DNA of 61,842 nt, taken from the NCBI GenBank assembly GCA_030621865.1, contig JAUXGW010000001.1:1-61842 (forward strand). Reading direction: 5' to 3'. The position numbers were made by a program, and so were the translations under genes. Under the pieces are notes generated by a model, which was not told where the DNA came from, ran no database searches, and saw nothing but the letters and a program-made list of their open reading frames with translations. Positions 29,304-38,586 of this stretch are shown piece after piece. The first letter of the stretch is position 1. Each line of letters starts with the position of its first letter. This DNA is from Actinomycetes bacterium (GTDB taxonomy: Bacteria > Actinomycetota > Acidimicrobiia > Acidimicrobiales > Microtrichaceae).

Positions 29304-30137
29304 CTACACCTGTGTCTGTTCGCAGAAGTAGGTAGTGATATTGCCGAATCGCGCTTTCACAATTGGCCCCCTTGCACGCGGACTCATTTCGCCGGCTCGG
29401 CGATAGACGGCCAGATGATCGACATAGTTGCCGGCCTCACCGCTGAGGTTCACCCAACCATCGTCCGAGAGCGTGGTTCCACCGTACTTCACTGCATCGT
29501 GCATGGTCTCGACCACTGCACGGTAAAGACGCCGAATCTCCGACGCCGCCAGGGAGTTGGGTGTGCGGTCGTACCGGAGCCCGGCATGGAAAAGGATTTC
29601 ATCGGAGTAGATCGGACCGATTCCCACGAGGAATGTGGGATCCATGAGAATCCCCTTCAGCTTGCCTGTGCGGCGCAACAGGCCCTCTCCGAACTTGGTC
29701 CACGAAATGGGCTCATCGACAGCGTCGAGTCCCCTTACCGCAAGCTCCGGGTGGACTTCGGGAAGATTCTCGATCTCAATCCACTCCACATTGCACTTCT
29801 TCTTGGGATCCACCAGACGGAGCTGACCACCCTGGGTGTAGGTCAGGATGAGCGCCGTACCCTTCTCCACCTCATTCTTGGCCTTGGCGCGCAGCAGGCG
29901 GCCGCCATCTCCGAGGGTTATGACGAGTTCGTGAGTTCCGGCAAATTTGAGCCCGAGGAGCATGCCGTGGCGCACAGCACCCGAACCCTTGAGGCCGACC
30001 ATCTCCTTCTCCAGATTCTTGCGGCTGATGCCCGACAGCACTCCGGCAACGGGGACCACAACCTCCTTGATCTTGCGGTCCCCCACTTCGCGTTCGAGTT
30101 CTCGGCGCAGCAACTCGATTTCAGGCAGTTCAGGCAT
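29304..30137 (-). CDS. mutM: Formamidopyrimidine-DNA glycosylase (Fpg/MutM) with a degenerate (zincless) finger
   Basis: 'MPELPEIE' catalytic N-terminus (Pro2, Glu3). H2TH region. The C-terminus 'GEMSPRARGPI...TTYFCEQTQV' keeps 1 of the 4 Cys. ATG 30137 verified. Confidence 0.85.
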   Translation of the reverse strand: MPELPEIELLRRELEREVGDRKIKEVVVPVAGVLSGISRKNLEKEMVGLKGSGAVRHGMLLGLKFAGTHELVITLGDGGRLLRAKAKNEVEKGTALILTYTQGGQLRLVDPKKKCNVEWIEIENLPEVHPELAVRGLDAVDEPISWTKFGEGLLRRTGKLKGILMDPTFLVGIGPIYSDEILFHAGLRYDRTPNSLAASEIRRLYRAVVETMHDAVKYGGTTLSDDGWVNLSGEAGNYVDHLAVYRRAGEMSPRARGPIVKARFGNITTYFCEQTQV

Positions 30138-30909
30138 CGTCATCTCCATTGGTCCCGTCCTGGCCGAGTTGGCCACCGGGTTCGAATATCTGGTCGTTGT
30201 ACAGGGCGTCCTCGGCTTGGCGAGCTGCGCCCTGTTCGGCTTCCTTCTTGGTTCGACCGACTCCTTCACCGAGAAGTCGGCCGGCCACACTCACCCTTGC
30301 GGTGAATACCTTGGCGTGTTCAGGGCCGTCCTCCGTGAGTTCATACCGGGGCAATTCCCTGTGGAGCCGGGCGGCCGTTTCCTGAAGTCGCGACTTGTGA
30401 TCGGTGCTCAGGTCCTCGCTTTCGACCTGATCTATGAGGTCAGACGAAAGGTCGAGGATGAAAGGTTTTGCGGCGGCGGAGCCACCGTCGAGGTAAACGG
30501 CTCCGATCAGAGCCTCGAGTGCATCGGCCAGAATCGAGTTCTTTTCCCGCCCGCCCGTGGACTCTTCTCCCTTGCCCAACTTGAGCATGGAACCGAGGTT
30601 GATCCGACGGGCCAGCATCGCCAGTACCGAGGAGTTCACCAGCTCGGCCCGGTAACGCGCCAGTACTCCCTCGGGTTCGTCCGGGGTGGAGCGGTACAAG
30701 TGATCCGTGATGACCAGGCCGAGGACTGCGTCTCCGAGAAACTCGAGACGTTCGTTGGATTCCACTCCGCCGTTTTCGGAGCACCAGGAGCGGTGACGCA
30801 GGGCCAACTTGAGCAGTGATGGGTCGCTGAACTCGTAGCGAAGCTCACCTGGAGCAGATTCCCGGGAAGAGTCGTGTTCAGAGACGGGCGACGATGTAGT
30901 CGGCGGCAT
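30130..30909 (-). CDS. rnc: Ribonuclease III
   Basis: 'NERLEFLGDAVLGLV' signature and C-terminal dsRBD '..FT..V.V.G...GEG.G.TKKEAEQ.AA'. Confidence 0.95.
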   Translation of the reverse strand: MPPTTSSPVSEHDSSRESAPGELRYEFSDPSLLKLALRHRSWCSENGGVESNERLEFLGDAVLGLVITDHLYRSTPDEPEGVLARYRAELVNSSVLAMLARRINLGSMLKLGKGEESTGGREKNSILADALEALIGAVYLDGGSAAAKPFILDLSSDLIDQVESEDLSTDHKSRLQETAARLHRELPRYELTEDGPEHAKVFTARVSVAGRLLGEGVGRTKKEAEQGAARQAEDALYNDQIFEPGGQLGQDGTNGDDDA

Positions 30910-31165
30910 CTCGCACGGTCTTCATGTCCTCGAGTTCCTCATCGTCGATGCGGAACCCGGCGCTACGTTCGCTGATTTCCTCTTCGAGAGCTTCCACCAG
31001 TTCGATCATGGCGAGTGAATCTGCGTGCAGATCCTCGGCGAATGAATCCCCTTCGTTGATCACGTCAGGATCGATCTCGAGAATGTCAGCCAGACGGTCA
31101 CGAATCAGTTGCACGATTTCGTCGCGGTCTACTGGACCCTGTTGCACATGCGTTTCTGCAGGCAC
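30878..31165 (-). CDS. acpP: Acyl carrier protein
   Basis: 'EDLHADSLAMIELVEALEEE' with the DSL phosphopantetheine site. GTG 31165 with GAGGAG upstream. rpmF-acpP-rnc-smc order as in Firmicutes. Confidence 0.8.
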   Translation of the reverse strand: MPAETHVQQGPVDRDEIVQLIRDRLADILEIDPDVINEGDSFAEDLHADSLAMIELVEALEEEISERSAGFRIDDEELEDMKTVRDAADYIVARL

Positions 31166-31197
31166 TTTCAGTGAACTCTCCTCGGGAGGGCCGACCT

Positions 31198-31227
31198 GGT
31201 GTTGGTTCGGCTGGTGTTGGCTCGGCT
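31198..31227. repeat. 15-nt tandem duplication (x2, 14/15) in the rpmF-acpP intergenic region
   Basis: ggtgttggttcggct (31198-31212) and ggtgttggctcggct (31213-31227). Confidence 0.85.
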
Positions 31228-31274
31228 TGTACTTGGGGAACCCTACCGCGCCCGGCAGGGGACATGCGGTGACG

Positions 31275-31454
31275 TCAGTCGACGTCGATCGCCTGCCTGC
31301 CGCCGTACCAGCCACAGTTGCTGCAGACCACATGTGGAGTCTTGCTCACGTTGCAGCGCGGGCAAACGCTGCGCGGTGCAGCCTTGAGCTGCCAGCTCGA
31401 TGCACGGCGGCTTCTGGTCTTGGATTTCGAGGTCTTCTTCTTCGGAACAGCCAT
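31275..31454 (-). CDS. rpmF: 50S ribosomal protein L32 (zinc-ribbon form)
   Basis: Hand translation gives MAVPKKKTSKSKTRSRRASSWQLKAAPRSVCPRCNVSKTPHVVCSNCGWYGGRQAIDVD*. 59 aa, so below the ORF-track cutoff. CxxC...CxxC present. Confidence 0.93.
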   Translation of the reverse strand: MAVPKKKTSKSKTRSRRASSWQLKAAPRSVCPRCNVSKTPHVVCSNCGWYGGRQAIDVD

Positions 31455-31547
31455 CGTTCTTCTCGGTCTTCTCAGTGCGTTTAGCTCGGGACGTGCTTCA
31501 GGTCAGCGGGCTTCAGGGCCAAAATGCCCGAAGGGAAATGATAGCCG

Positions 31548-32102
31548 CTAGCCCTGCTCCGGGTCGAGGCGGAGCTCCTGCAGCGACGCCCACCGGGGAT
31601 CAAGCGGCGCTTCAGAAGGTTCTTCGCCCTCCTGTTGAAGTGCCTCTTCGGTGCTCACCGGGAAGACATCGGGTGATGGTCCGGCGCAGTCCGCTGAACA
31701 GAGCGGAGAAAGCGGCAACGCCAGAAGGACCGAATCACGAACGGCGTCCGACAGGTCGATCCAGCCGTCCTCGATCAGGCTCGCTTCTTCGTCATCTGCA
31801 TCCAGAACACCGTGCTGATGAGCGAAGACCTCCGACACGGGGGTGATTGCGTCGCCTTCGGCAATCCCGAGGCAACGTCGGCATTGACCAACCCAGTGGA
31901 GGCTCACCTGACCTCGAACCTCGAGACCATCGTGTGTGGATTCGAATGCCACGGCGAGTTCGACGGGAGCCTCGCCCACGCCTGTTTCACCTACAGAGTC
32001 CCCTGCCCAGGATGAGACCGATCGACTGTGTTCCTCGGCATTGCCGACACTACGGGTGAGCGGACCCACCTTGAACCGAAGTGAATCTCCGGCGGCCTTC
32101 AT
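31548..32102 (-). CDS. yceD: DUF177 / YceD-family protein (large-subunit rRNA accumulation)
   Basis: Located just upstream of rpmF. C-terminal 'LALPLSPLCSADCAG' motif. ATGA overlap with the upstream gene. Confidence 0.85.
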   Translation of the reverse strand: MKAAGDSLRFKVGPLTRSVGNAEEHSRSVSSWAGDSVGETGVGEAPVELAVAFESTHDGLEVRGQVSLHWVGQCRRCLGIAEGDAITPVSEVFAHQHGVLDADDEEASLIEDGWIDLSDAVRDSVLLALPLSPLCSADCAGPSPDVFPVSTEEALQQEGEEPSEAPLDPRWASLQELRLDPEQG

Positions 32103-32689
32103 TCTCCAGCCTGATCGTACGGAGCTTGCTCCGCAGCCTGAGCGTCGATGCCCAGCTCAGACTCTTCGAGGCTCGGAGCAGCGAGGCGTTCGCGACCGGC
32201 GGCCACCGACTGCTGGATTCGCGCCATGATGTTCTCGAAGCTGGCCAGGCGCTGATCGCAGAAATCCTCGGTCTCGCGTCTCATCCGACGTGCCTGTACC
32301 TCTGCCTCCTCCACGATCTGCTGGGCGTGGTTCTCCGCCGCTTTCACCACTTCGGTGCGTTGAACCATCTGCGCAACCCTCGTTCGCGCCTCCGCGAGCA
32401 TTTCCTCGGCATCCCGACGAGTCTTCGCCCGGTACTCCTCGCGCTCCTTGAGGAGCCATCGGGCTTCGCGCATCTCCGACGGAAGCCGAGCCAGTGCTTC
32501 ATCCAGGACTTCCAGCAATTCGTCCCTGTTGACCCGAACGGAGGCTGACATCGGAATTCCGGGTGCATCCTCCAGCATCTTGATGCTGCGATCGAGGAGC
32601 TGTTCGACCTCCGGAGCGCGATCCGGACCAGCGCCATAACGGCTGCTGTGCTGGTCCTGCGGCTGGTTGTCCTCGGGGGGAGTGTTCAT
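32099..32689 (-). CDS. Coiled-coil DivIVA / ATP-synthase-b-like protein, in the position I recall for mycobacterial SepIVA
   Basis: Heptad-rich 'REARWLLKEREEYRAKTRRDAEEMLAEARTRVAQMVQRTEVVKAAE..AQQIVEEAE'. Lies between coaD and DUF177. Confidence 0.5.
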   Translation of the reverse strand: MNTPPEDNQPQDQHSSRYGAGPDRAPEVEQLLDRSIKMLEDAPGIPMSASVRVNRDELLEVLDEALARLPSEMREARWLLKEREEYRAKTRRDAEEMLAEARTRVAQMVQRTEVVKAAENHAQQIVEEAEVQARRMRRETEDFCDQRLASFENIMARIQQSVAAGRERLAAPSLEESELGIDAQAAEQAPYDQAGE

Positions 32690-32741
32690 ATGTTCACCAG
32701 TCTGGTTCGCGCAACGGTCTGTCCCGCGAATGAGCGTGTCG

Positions 32742-33215
32742 TCAGTATCGATCCTTGAGGTATTTGGCTACGGGGTCGGGAACCATGCTGTCCAGCGAAC
32801 CGCCGAATCTGGCCACTTCGCGGATCAACTTCGAAGCCAGGAAGGAGTTCTGCGACGCCGACGGAATGAACAGTGTGTCGACCTCGGAGATCGACCGGTT
32901 CATCTGGGCCATCTGGAGTTCGGATTCGAAATCCGACACGGCGCGGAGCCCCTTGACGATGAAGTCAGCGCCGATGTCACGAGCCAGATCAACCACCAAG
33001 CTCGAGAACATGGTGACGCGGACGTTCGGAAGGTGAGCCAGTGATTCCTCGATGAGGGTCTTGCGTTCATCGAGGGTGAACAGCGGTTCACCCTTCTGCG
33101 GGTTGCGCATCGCCGCCACGACCACCTCCCCGAACAGACGCGAGGCAGTTTCCACGATCTCGACATGTCCGTTGTGGATTGGGTCGAACGATCCCGGATA
33201 CAGGACGACGGTCAC
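32742..33215 (-). CDS. coaD: Phosphopantetheine adenylyltransferase
   Basis: 'YPGSFDPIHNGHVEIV', 'KGLRAVSDFE.E.QMA..N', 'SS..IRE'. GTGA overlap with rsmD. Confidence 0.95.
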   Translation of the reverse strand: MTVVLYPGSFDPIHNGHVEIVETASRLFGEVVVAAMRNPQKGEPLFTLDERKTLIEESLAHLPNVRVTMFSSLVVDLARDIGADFIVKGLRAVSDFESELQMAQMNRSISEVDTLFIPSASQNSFLASKLIREVARFGGSLDSMVPDPVAKYLKDRY

Positions 33216-33760
33216 AGAGCCTCCAAATCGACTACTTCAGCAATGACGACAACCGTAGCCCCATAGCTGCGCTCTCTGACCTTGATCCATCCCGGTGGGA
33301 GTTCAACGGCGTGTCCTGACTCGGCCACGACAAAGCGCGCCGGCACCGATTCAAGCAACTTGGCCCAATCGGTGAAGGTATACGGAGGATCCAGTATCGC
33401 AAGATCGAAAGTCTCGGAGGTCCGCGAAACGAAGGTCTCCCAGTCCTCCCGCCGAATCGTGGCGTCACCTGACAACTTCGTGATCGCCAGGTTCTCCTGC
33501 ACCGCCTGCACTGCCTCGGCATCGGTGTCCACGAAGACCGCCGACCGGGCGCCCCGGGACAATGCCTCGATCCCCATGGCACCGCTTCCGGCAAACAGGT
33601 CCAGCACGGTCATGTCCTCGATCAGGCCGAGGGAGCCGAGTGAGTTGAACACTGCTTCGCGGGTTCGCTGGGTGGTTGGGCGCACAGCGTCGCCTTCCGG
33701 AGTCACCAAATGGAGTCCCCGTGCCTCGCCTGCCACCACTCGAACGCGCGACTTCTTCAC
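33212..33760 (-). CDS. rsmD: 16S rRNA (guanine966-N2)-methyltransferase RsmD
   Basis: 'RVVAGEARG..L..P.....RPTT.RTREA.FN.L', 'DLFAGSGA.G.EALSRGA', 'DPPY'. Start is ambiguous: GTG 33760, GTG 33739 or ATG 33799. Confidence 0.85.
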   Translation of the reverse strand: MKKSRVRVVAGEARGLHLVTPEGDAVRPTTQRTREAVFNSLGSLGLIEDMTVLDLFAGSGAMGIEALSRGARSAVFVDTDAEAVQAVQENLAITKLSGDATIRREDWETFVSRTSETFDLAILDPPYTFTDWAKLLESVPARFVVAESGHAVELPPGWIKVRERSYGATVVVIAEVVDLEAL

Positions 33761-33797
33761 CTGTTCATTCTTGTACGAAATGTGCGAATGTTTCGCC

Positions 33798-34976
33798 ATG
33801 AGCCCCGACTCCACCGCCACCGCCCCAACCGGCACCTGGAATTCCCCGACGACACTTGGTCCGCTGACCCTGAAGAACCGGGTCGTGAAGTCCGCAACGT
33901 TCGAAGGTCGGTGTGAGCGCAATCAGGTGACCGACGGCCTCATCGAGTTCCACCGCGAGTACGCGGCGGGAGGTGTGGCCATGACCACACTGGCATTCTG
34001 TGCGGTCACCAGAAATGCCCGCGGGGCTCCCGACGAGCTGATCCTGGCCCCGGAATCGGTCGAAGGGCTGAGCAGGCTCGCCGATGCGGTGCATGCCGAG
34101 GGTGCACTGGTGAACGCCCAGATCGGGCACGCGGGCGCAGTGGCTGCCGCAACCGGAATCCGGGCGAAAGCTCCTTCGAAGTTGCCCTGGCCGCTGGCAA
34201 TGCGCCTCCAGGCCCTCACGGACTCCGAGATCCGCGAGATCATTTCTGACTTCGCCAAGGGCGCCCGGATCCTGCAGCAGGCCGGATTCGACGCTGTCGA
34301 ACTGCATTTCGGCCATGGTTACCTTCCGTCTGAGTTCCTCAGCCCGAAGCTCAACAAACGCAAGGACTCCTGGGGCGGGAGTTTGGAGAATCGCGCCCGA
34401 TTCTGTCGCGAAATCGCCCGGGCCGTCCGGGAGAGGGTCGGCACCTCCATGGCAATCACAGCGAAGCTGAACATGGATGACGGTGTCCCGGGTGGTCTCT
34501 GGCTGGAGGAATCAGTGGAGATCGGCCGGATGCTGGCCGCCGACGGACACCTGAATGCACTTCAGTTGACCTGTGGCAGCTCCCTGCAGAATCCGATGTA
34601 CCTGTTCCGCGGGGATGTTCCCCTCCACGAGATGGCCGACACCATGCCAAGGATCGTTCGGCCCGCAGTCAGGGCGATGGGCGGGATCTTCTTCAAGGAG
34701 TATCCGTTCACCGAGGCATACATGCTGACGATGGCGCGGCAGTTCCTGCACGCACTCGACATTCCACTGATGCTCCTCGGTGGAATCAACCGGGCAGAAA
34801 CGATCGACTCTGCGGTTGCGGAGGGCTTCGCAATGGTCGCGATCGGCAGGGCTCTGCTGAGGGACCCCGCGCTCCTTCTGAAGTTCTCCGCAGGCGAGGC
34901 AACCGAAGGCCTCTGCGTCCAGTGCAACAAGTGCATGCCCACGATCTACACGGGAACTCGCTGCGTCCTTCGCTGA
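33798..34976 (+). CDS. Old-yellow-enzyme family NADH:flavin oxidoreductase
   Basis: 'LKNRVVKSAT', 'GFDAVELHFGHGYLPSEFLSPKLNKRKDSWGGSLENR', 'LLGGI'. The ORF's upstream part is antisense to rsmD. Confidence 0.8.
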   Translation: MSPDSTATAPTGTWNSPTTLGPLTLKNRVVKSATFEGRCERNQVTDGLIEFHREYAAGGVAMTTLAFCAVTRNARGAPDELILAPESVEGLSRLADAVHAEGALVNAQIGHAGAVAAATGIRAKAPSKLPWPLAMRLQALTDSEIREIISDFAKGARILQQAGFDAVELHFGHGYLPSEFLSPKLNKRKDSWGGSLENRARFCREIARAVRERVGTSMAITAKLNMDDGVPGGLWLEESVEIGRMLAADGHLNALQLTCGSSLQNPMYLFRGDVPLHEMADTMPRIVRPAVRAMGGIFFKEYPFTEAYMLTMARQFLHALDIPLMLLGGINRAETIDSAVAEGFAMVAIGRALLRDPALLLKFSAGEATEGLCVQCNKCMPTIYTGTRCVLR

Positions 34977-34984
34977 GGCATCCT

Positions 34985-37162
34985 TCAGGACTTGGTCAGG
35001 AACTCTTCGTCTTCCGGAGCCAGAAGAACATCGATCTCCTGTTCCAGCAGGGGATGCTCTGCCAGTCCACGCTCGGGATCAACAAGCTCGAAAGCCACTT
35101 TCCGAGCCCGCTCCACCCACACCAGGTCCCGGCTGAGAGAAGCGAGCCTCAGGTCGCTGCGACCTTTCTGGCGCTCCCCCATCACCGTTCCTTCACCCCT
35201 GAGTTCGAGATCGACTTCCGCCAACGCGAAACCGTCGTTGGTACCGGCCAGTGCCTTGAGGCGTTGCTGACCATCGGGGGTGATCTCCTCGCCCGAAGAA
35301 CCGGCAACGAGAATGCAGTGGGACGCCGCCGCGCCTCGGCCGACGCGGCCCCGAAGCTGATGAAGCTGTGCGATTCCGAACCTGTCGGCATCCAGCACGA
35401 CCATCACGGTTGCTTCCGGCACATCCACACCCACTTCGATCACCGTGGTTGAGATCAGCACTTCGATTTCCCCGGACCGGAAATCGTCCATCACTGCCCG
35501 CTTCTCCTCCGAGCCCATCCGGCCGTGGAGGAGTCCGAGTCGGCAACCCGCCAACTCACCGGCAGAAAGCTCGGAGAACACTTCTTCAGCCGCGGCCGCA
35601 TCAACCTTGTCGCTTCCCTCGATCAGCGGGCACACCACATACGCTCGCCGGCCCGCCGCCAACTCGCTTCTGACCAGTTTCCAGGTTTCGGCAACCGCTT
35701 CCGGATCCCGGGCAACGGTGGTGACGACGGGAGTGCGCCCCGGCGGCAATTCGTCCAGCACGGTGACATCCAGATCTCCATAAACGGTCATCGCGGCAGT
35801 CCGCGGTATGGGGGTAGCAGTCATCACCAGCATGTCCGGCAACACGGCACCATCGTTGGTGTCCCTGAGCGCAGATCTCTGCTCGACGCCGAAACGGTGC
35901 TGCTCGTCGATCACCACGGCGCCGAGAGAGGAGAATTCAACCGAGTCCTGGATCAGTGCATGTGTGCCCACCACGATGTCCACGGAACCATCGGCCAACC
36001 CGGCCAACACACGCCTTCGTTCCGCAGCGGTGGCCCGACCGGTCAGCAACTGCACCGACAGGGTCCGGGAGCCGAAGAGGTTGACTGCACTCCCAATGGT
36101 CAGATCACCGAGCATCTCCCGAACCGAAGCGAAGTGCTGCTCGGCGAGCACCTCGGTTGGAGCCATGAAGGCACCCTGATGGCCACCCTGGACCGCACCC
36201 AGGAGTGTGGCAACAGCCACAACGGTTTTGCCGGAGCCCACATCCCCCTGCAGCAGACGGTGCATGGGAATCGAGCCGGCGAGATCTGACCCGACGGCTT
36301 CGATCGCCCTCGACTGGGCCGAAGTGAGTTCAAAGGGCAACGCTGCGAGGAATCCGGCGACCAAGCCCGAGGTGTCCAAGGCCTCGGACCACTGGTGCGT
36401 GATTCCCTTGGCCGTTCGCTCCAACTCCCGCTTGGTTCGCACCAGGGAAATCTGGATCCGGAGCAGTTCGTCGAACACGAGGCGCTTCCTGGACTCCTGC
36501 ACCTGCGCCATGGACGTTGGCGAGTGAATGCCCTCATAGGCCGCCCGCCGGTCGATCAGACCCATTGAGGAGAGAACGTCGGTCGGAACCGGGTCAGCCA
36601 GCGTCCTGCCGGCACACCGTCGCAGTGTCTGGGAAACCCAATCCCCCAACTCCCAACTCGACAGCCCTGCCTTCTCTGATTGCGGATAGATCGGGACGAT
36701 CTTCCCGGTGCGATCACCCAGCAAATCCACTACCGGGTTGGTCATCTGAAGTGTGCCCCGGTAGTCGGTGACCTTCCCGAAGACCGCCACGCTCATCGAT
36801 CCGTCAGCGGACTGAAGCTGCCTCGTCCTCCACGGCTGATTGAAGAAAGTGCACCGGAGGCGACCGGAGCCGTCCGAGATGGTTGCGGTAACCATTGACT
36901 TGCCGCCGCGCACACGCCGGGTGTCGACCCTCAACACTTCGCCAACCACAACGACCTCGGTGTCAGCAACAAGTTCCCGGATGTTCTCCTGGCGCGTCCG
37001 GTCCACGTAACGGCGGGGATAGTGGAACAACAGGTCGGCGAGGCTCCTGATCCCCATCTGTTCCAGGCCGGCCCGTTTCTTTGCGCCCACACCCTCCAGA
37101 CGCTCCAACGGGTACCCGGAGAGTTCTGCGAGCGTCACCGGACCGGATTCGGATGCGTTCAC
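34985..37162 (-). CDS. recG: ATP-dependent DNA helicase RecG
   Basis: Wedge domain, 'LLQGDVGSGKT', 'VIDEQHRFG', 'MTATPIPRT', 'QLHQLRGRVGRG'. GTG 37162 lies just after the upstream stop. Confidence 0.95.
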   Translation of the reverse strand: MNASESGPVTLAELSGYPLERLEGVGAKKRAGLEQMGIRSLADLLFHYPRRYVDRTRQENIRELVADTEVVVVGEVLRVDTRRVRGGKSMVTATISDGSGRLRCTFFNQPWRTRQLQSADGSMSVAVFGKVTDYRGTLQMTNPVVDLLGDRTGKIVPIYPQSEKAGLSSWELGDWVSQTLRRCAGRTLADPVPTDVLSSMGLIDRRAAYEGIHSPTSMAQVQESRKRLVFDELLRIQISLVRTKRELERTAKGITHQWSEALDTSGLVAGFLAALPFELTSAQSRAIEAVGSDLAGSIPMHRLLQGDVGSGKTVVAVATLLGAVQGGHQGAFMAPTEVLAEQHFASVREMLGDLTIGSAVNLFGSRTLSVQLLTGRATAAERRRVLAGLADGSVDIVVGTHALIQDSVEFSSLGAVVIDEQHRFGVEQRSALRDTNDGAVLPDMLVMTATPIPRTAAMTVYGDLDVTVLDELPPGRTPVVTTVARDPEAVAETWKLVRSELAAGRRAYVVCPLIEGSDKVDAAAAEEVFSELSAGELAGCRLGLLHGRMGSEEKRAVMDDFRSGEIEVLISTTVIEVGVDVPEATVMVVLDADRFGIAQLHQLRGRVGRGAAASHCILVAGSSGEEITPDGQQRLKALAGTNDGFALAEVDLELRGEGTVMGERQKGRSDLRLASLSRDLVWVERARKVAFELVDPERGLAEHPLLEQEIDVLLAPEDEEFLTKS

Positions 37163-37166
37163 GACT

Positions 37167-38132
37167 TCACAGCTGGGTGGACTCGGGTTCCCGATCTGAT
37201 TCGACCATGACGCGCAGTCCACTCAATCCACCGAACTCCAACAGCGACTCGATCAGGACGCCGGCGTCATAGGTCCGAAGATCCAGGAAGACCAACCCGG
37301 AAGCGCTGTCCCCGCTGGTGGCGGTGGACGAATGATTCATCCGGTCGATGCGGCAAAGTCGTTCGAGTTCACCTCGAAGCCTTCCCGAAGAAATGACTTG
37401 GGGATCGGAAAGTTCGAGGTGGCAGGCAACGCGGATTTCCACAACCGGAGGCGCACTCCTTCCAGAAGCCATCGCGGGCGCAGTTGGCACCGAAGTGCCG
37501 TTCACCACTGCGGCAAGGGCATCCAGGATCAGCAGGAACCCGGCTGCAGATGCGTCCACGACACCGCGCGCTGCGAGACCGGCGTTGACCACCGGACCAC
37601 GTTCGAGTTCCTCGAGCCCGGCGTCGGCAGCGGAAACGATCGTTTCGCCCAGGGTTGCACCGCGGTCCGCAGCGGAGAGGGCATCGTCGGCGGCTTCGGC
37701 CAGCACCGCTCTCAATTCCCCTGCGTGTTTGCCGTCATCGGTGGGTGAAACACGTTCCGCGGCCGACTCCAGCGCGAACGAGAAACGCTGCGCATCCAGC
37801 AGATCGGCGTTGGCCAGCACTTCTGTCAGACCGTCAATCACCTGAGCCAGCAAGCGCCCGTTGCGGCTGACACTCGCTTCGTGGGCGCCACGGGCCAGCG
37901 CAGAAGACAATGTCGAGTAGTCCCGGGCGCCGGCAGCGGAGTTCACCGCAGACAACAGGATCAGGGCCATTTCCGTGCCCACTCCGGGTTCACTCTGCAC
38001 CGCCGCGTCGCTCAGGTCCTCTTCGATGCCCGACAGGCTGTCCAGAGCCGAAGCGTGGTCCTCGAGCACTTCGGCGGTCACCCTCAAAGCATCGAGAAAC
38101 TCCTCGGGGCGCAGTTGATCGGGGGAGGACAT
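37167..38132 (-). CDS. DAK2-domain (YloV-like) protein, short form
   Basis: Lies upstream of recG and divergent from rpmB, as I recall for actinobacterial DAK2 genes. 'LDSL......GVGTEM' resembles a degenerate 'DGDTGTNM' motif. Confidence 0.55.
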   Translation of the reverse strand: MSSPDQLRPEEFLDALRVTAEVLEDHASALDSLSGIEEDLSDAAVQSEPGVGTEMALILLSAVNSAAGARDYSTLSSALARGAHEASVSRNGRLLAQVIDGLTEVLANADLLDAQRFSFALESAAERVSPTDDGKHAGELRAVLAEAADDALSAADRGATLGETIVSAADAGLEELERGPVVNAGLAARGVVDASAAGFLLILDALAAVVNGTSVPTAPAMASGRSAPPVVEIRVACHLELSDPQVISSGRLRGELERLCRIDRMNHSSTATSGDSASGLVFLDLRTYDAGVLIESLLEFGGLSGLRVMVESDREPESTQL

Positions 38133-38282
38133 GGAGCAATTCTACCCGTCCCGGGCTCCGGTGGGACGCCCGGAGGTGTTGCCGTGTTGGCCCGCCGCGG
38201 TGGGTCGTCTACCATTGCCAGTCGGCCCGCCACTGCTCGGTTGGCCCGGATCGCACCCGCATCACGAGCACAGAGGAATCAA

Positions 38283-38498
38283 ATGTCTTCGATCTGCGAA
38301 GTCTGTGGCAAGAAGCCCCAGTTCGGAATGAATGTCAGCCACTCCCACCGCCGCACCAAGCGACGCTGGAATCCCAACGTCCAGCGTGTGCGGGTGATGA
38401 GCAATGGAGCAGCCAAGCGCATGAATGTGTGCACCCGCTGCATCAAGGCCGGCAAGGTCACCAAGGCTCGCCGCAATCCGGCACCGTCAACATCCTGA
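38283..38498 (+). CDS. rpmB: 50S ribosomal protein L28
   Basis: '[38 protein letters not shown]...[14 protein letters not shown]'. ATG 38283 verified inside a longer spurious track ORF. Confidence 0.93.
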   Translation: MSSICEVCGKKPQFGMNVSHSHRRTKRRWNPNVQRVRVMSNGAAKRMNVCTRCIKAGKVTKARRNPAPSTS

Positions 38499-38539
38499 CC
38501 GGGTCAGTCAACATCCTGACCGGCAACATCCTGAACCGG
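38486..38539. repeat. Three copies of the last 16-17 nt of rpmB, including its TGA
   Basis: gtcaacatcctgaccgg (38486-38502), then gtca, then gtcaacatcctgaccgg (38507-38523), then caacatcctgaaccgg (38524-38539). The true stop is at 38496-38498. Confidence 0.9.
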
Positions 38540-38560
38540 TAGCCGAATCAGATTCGATGC

Positions 38561-38586
38561 AATGGCGGATCGCGAGATCCGCCATT
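38561..38586 (+). terminator. Perfect 11-bp stem / 4-nt loop hairpin downstream of rpmB (U-tract-less terminator candidate)
   Basis: aatggcggatc-gcga-gatccgccatt. No following T-run. Confidence 0.5.

Noticed and set aside
31541-31554. GGCTAGC / GGCTATC 7-nt repeat at the yceD stop
   Set aside because: Too short to distinguish from chance.
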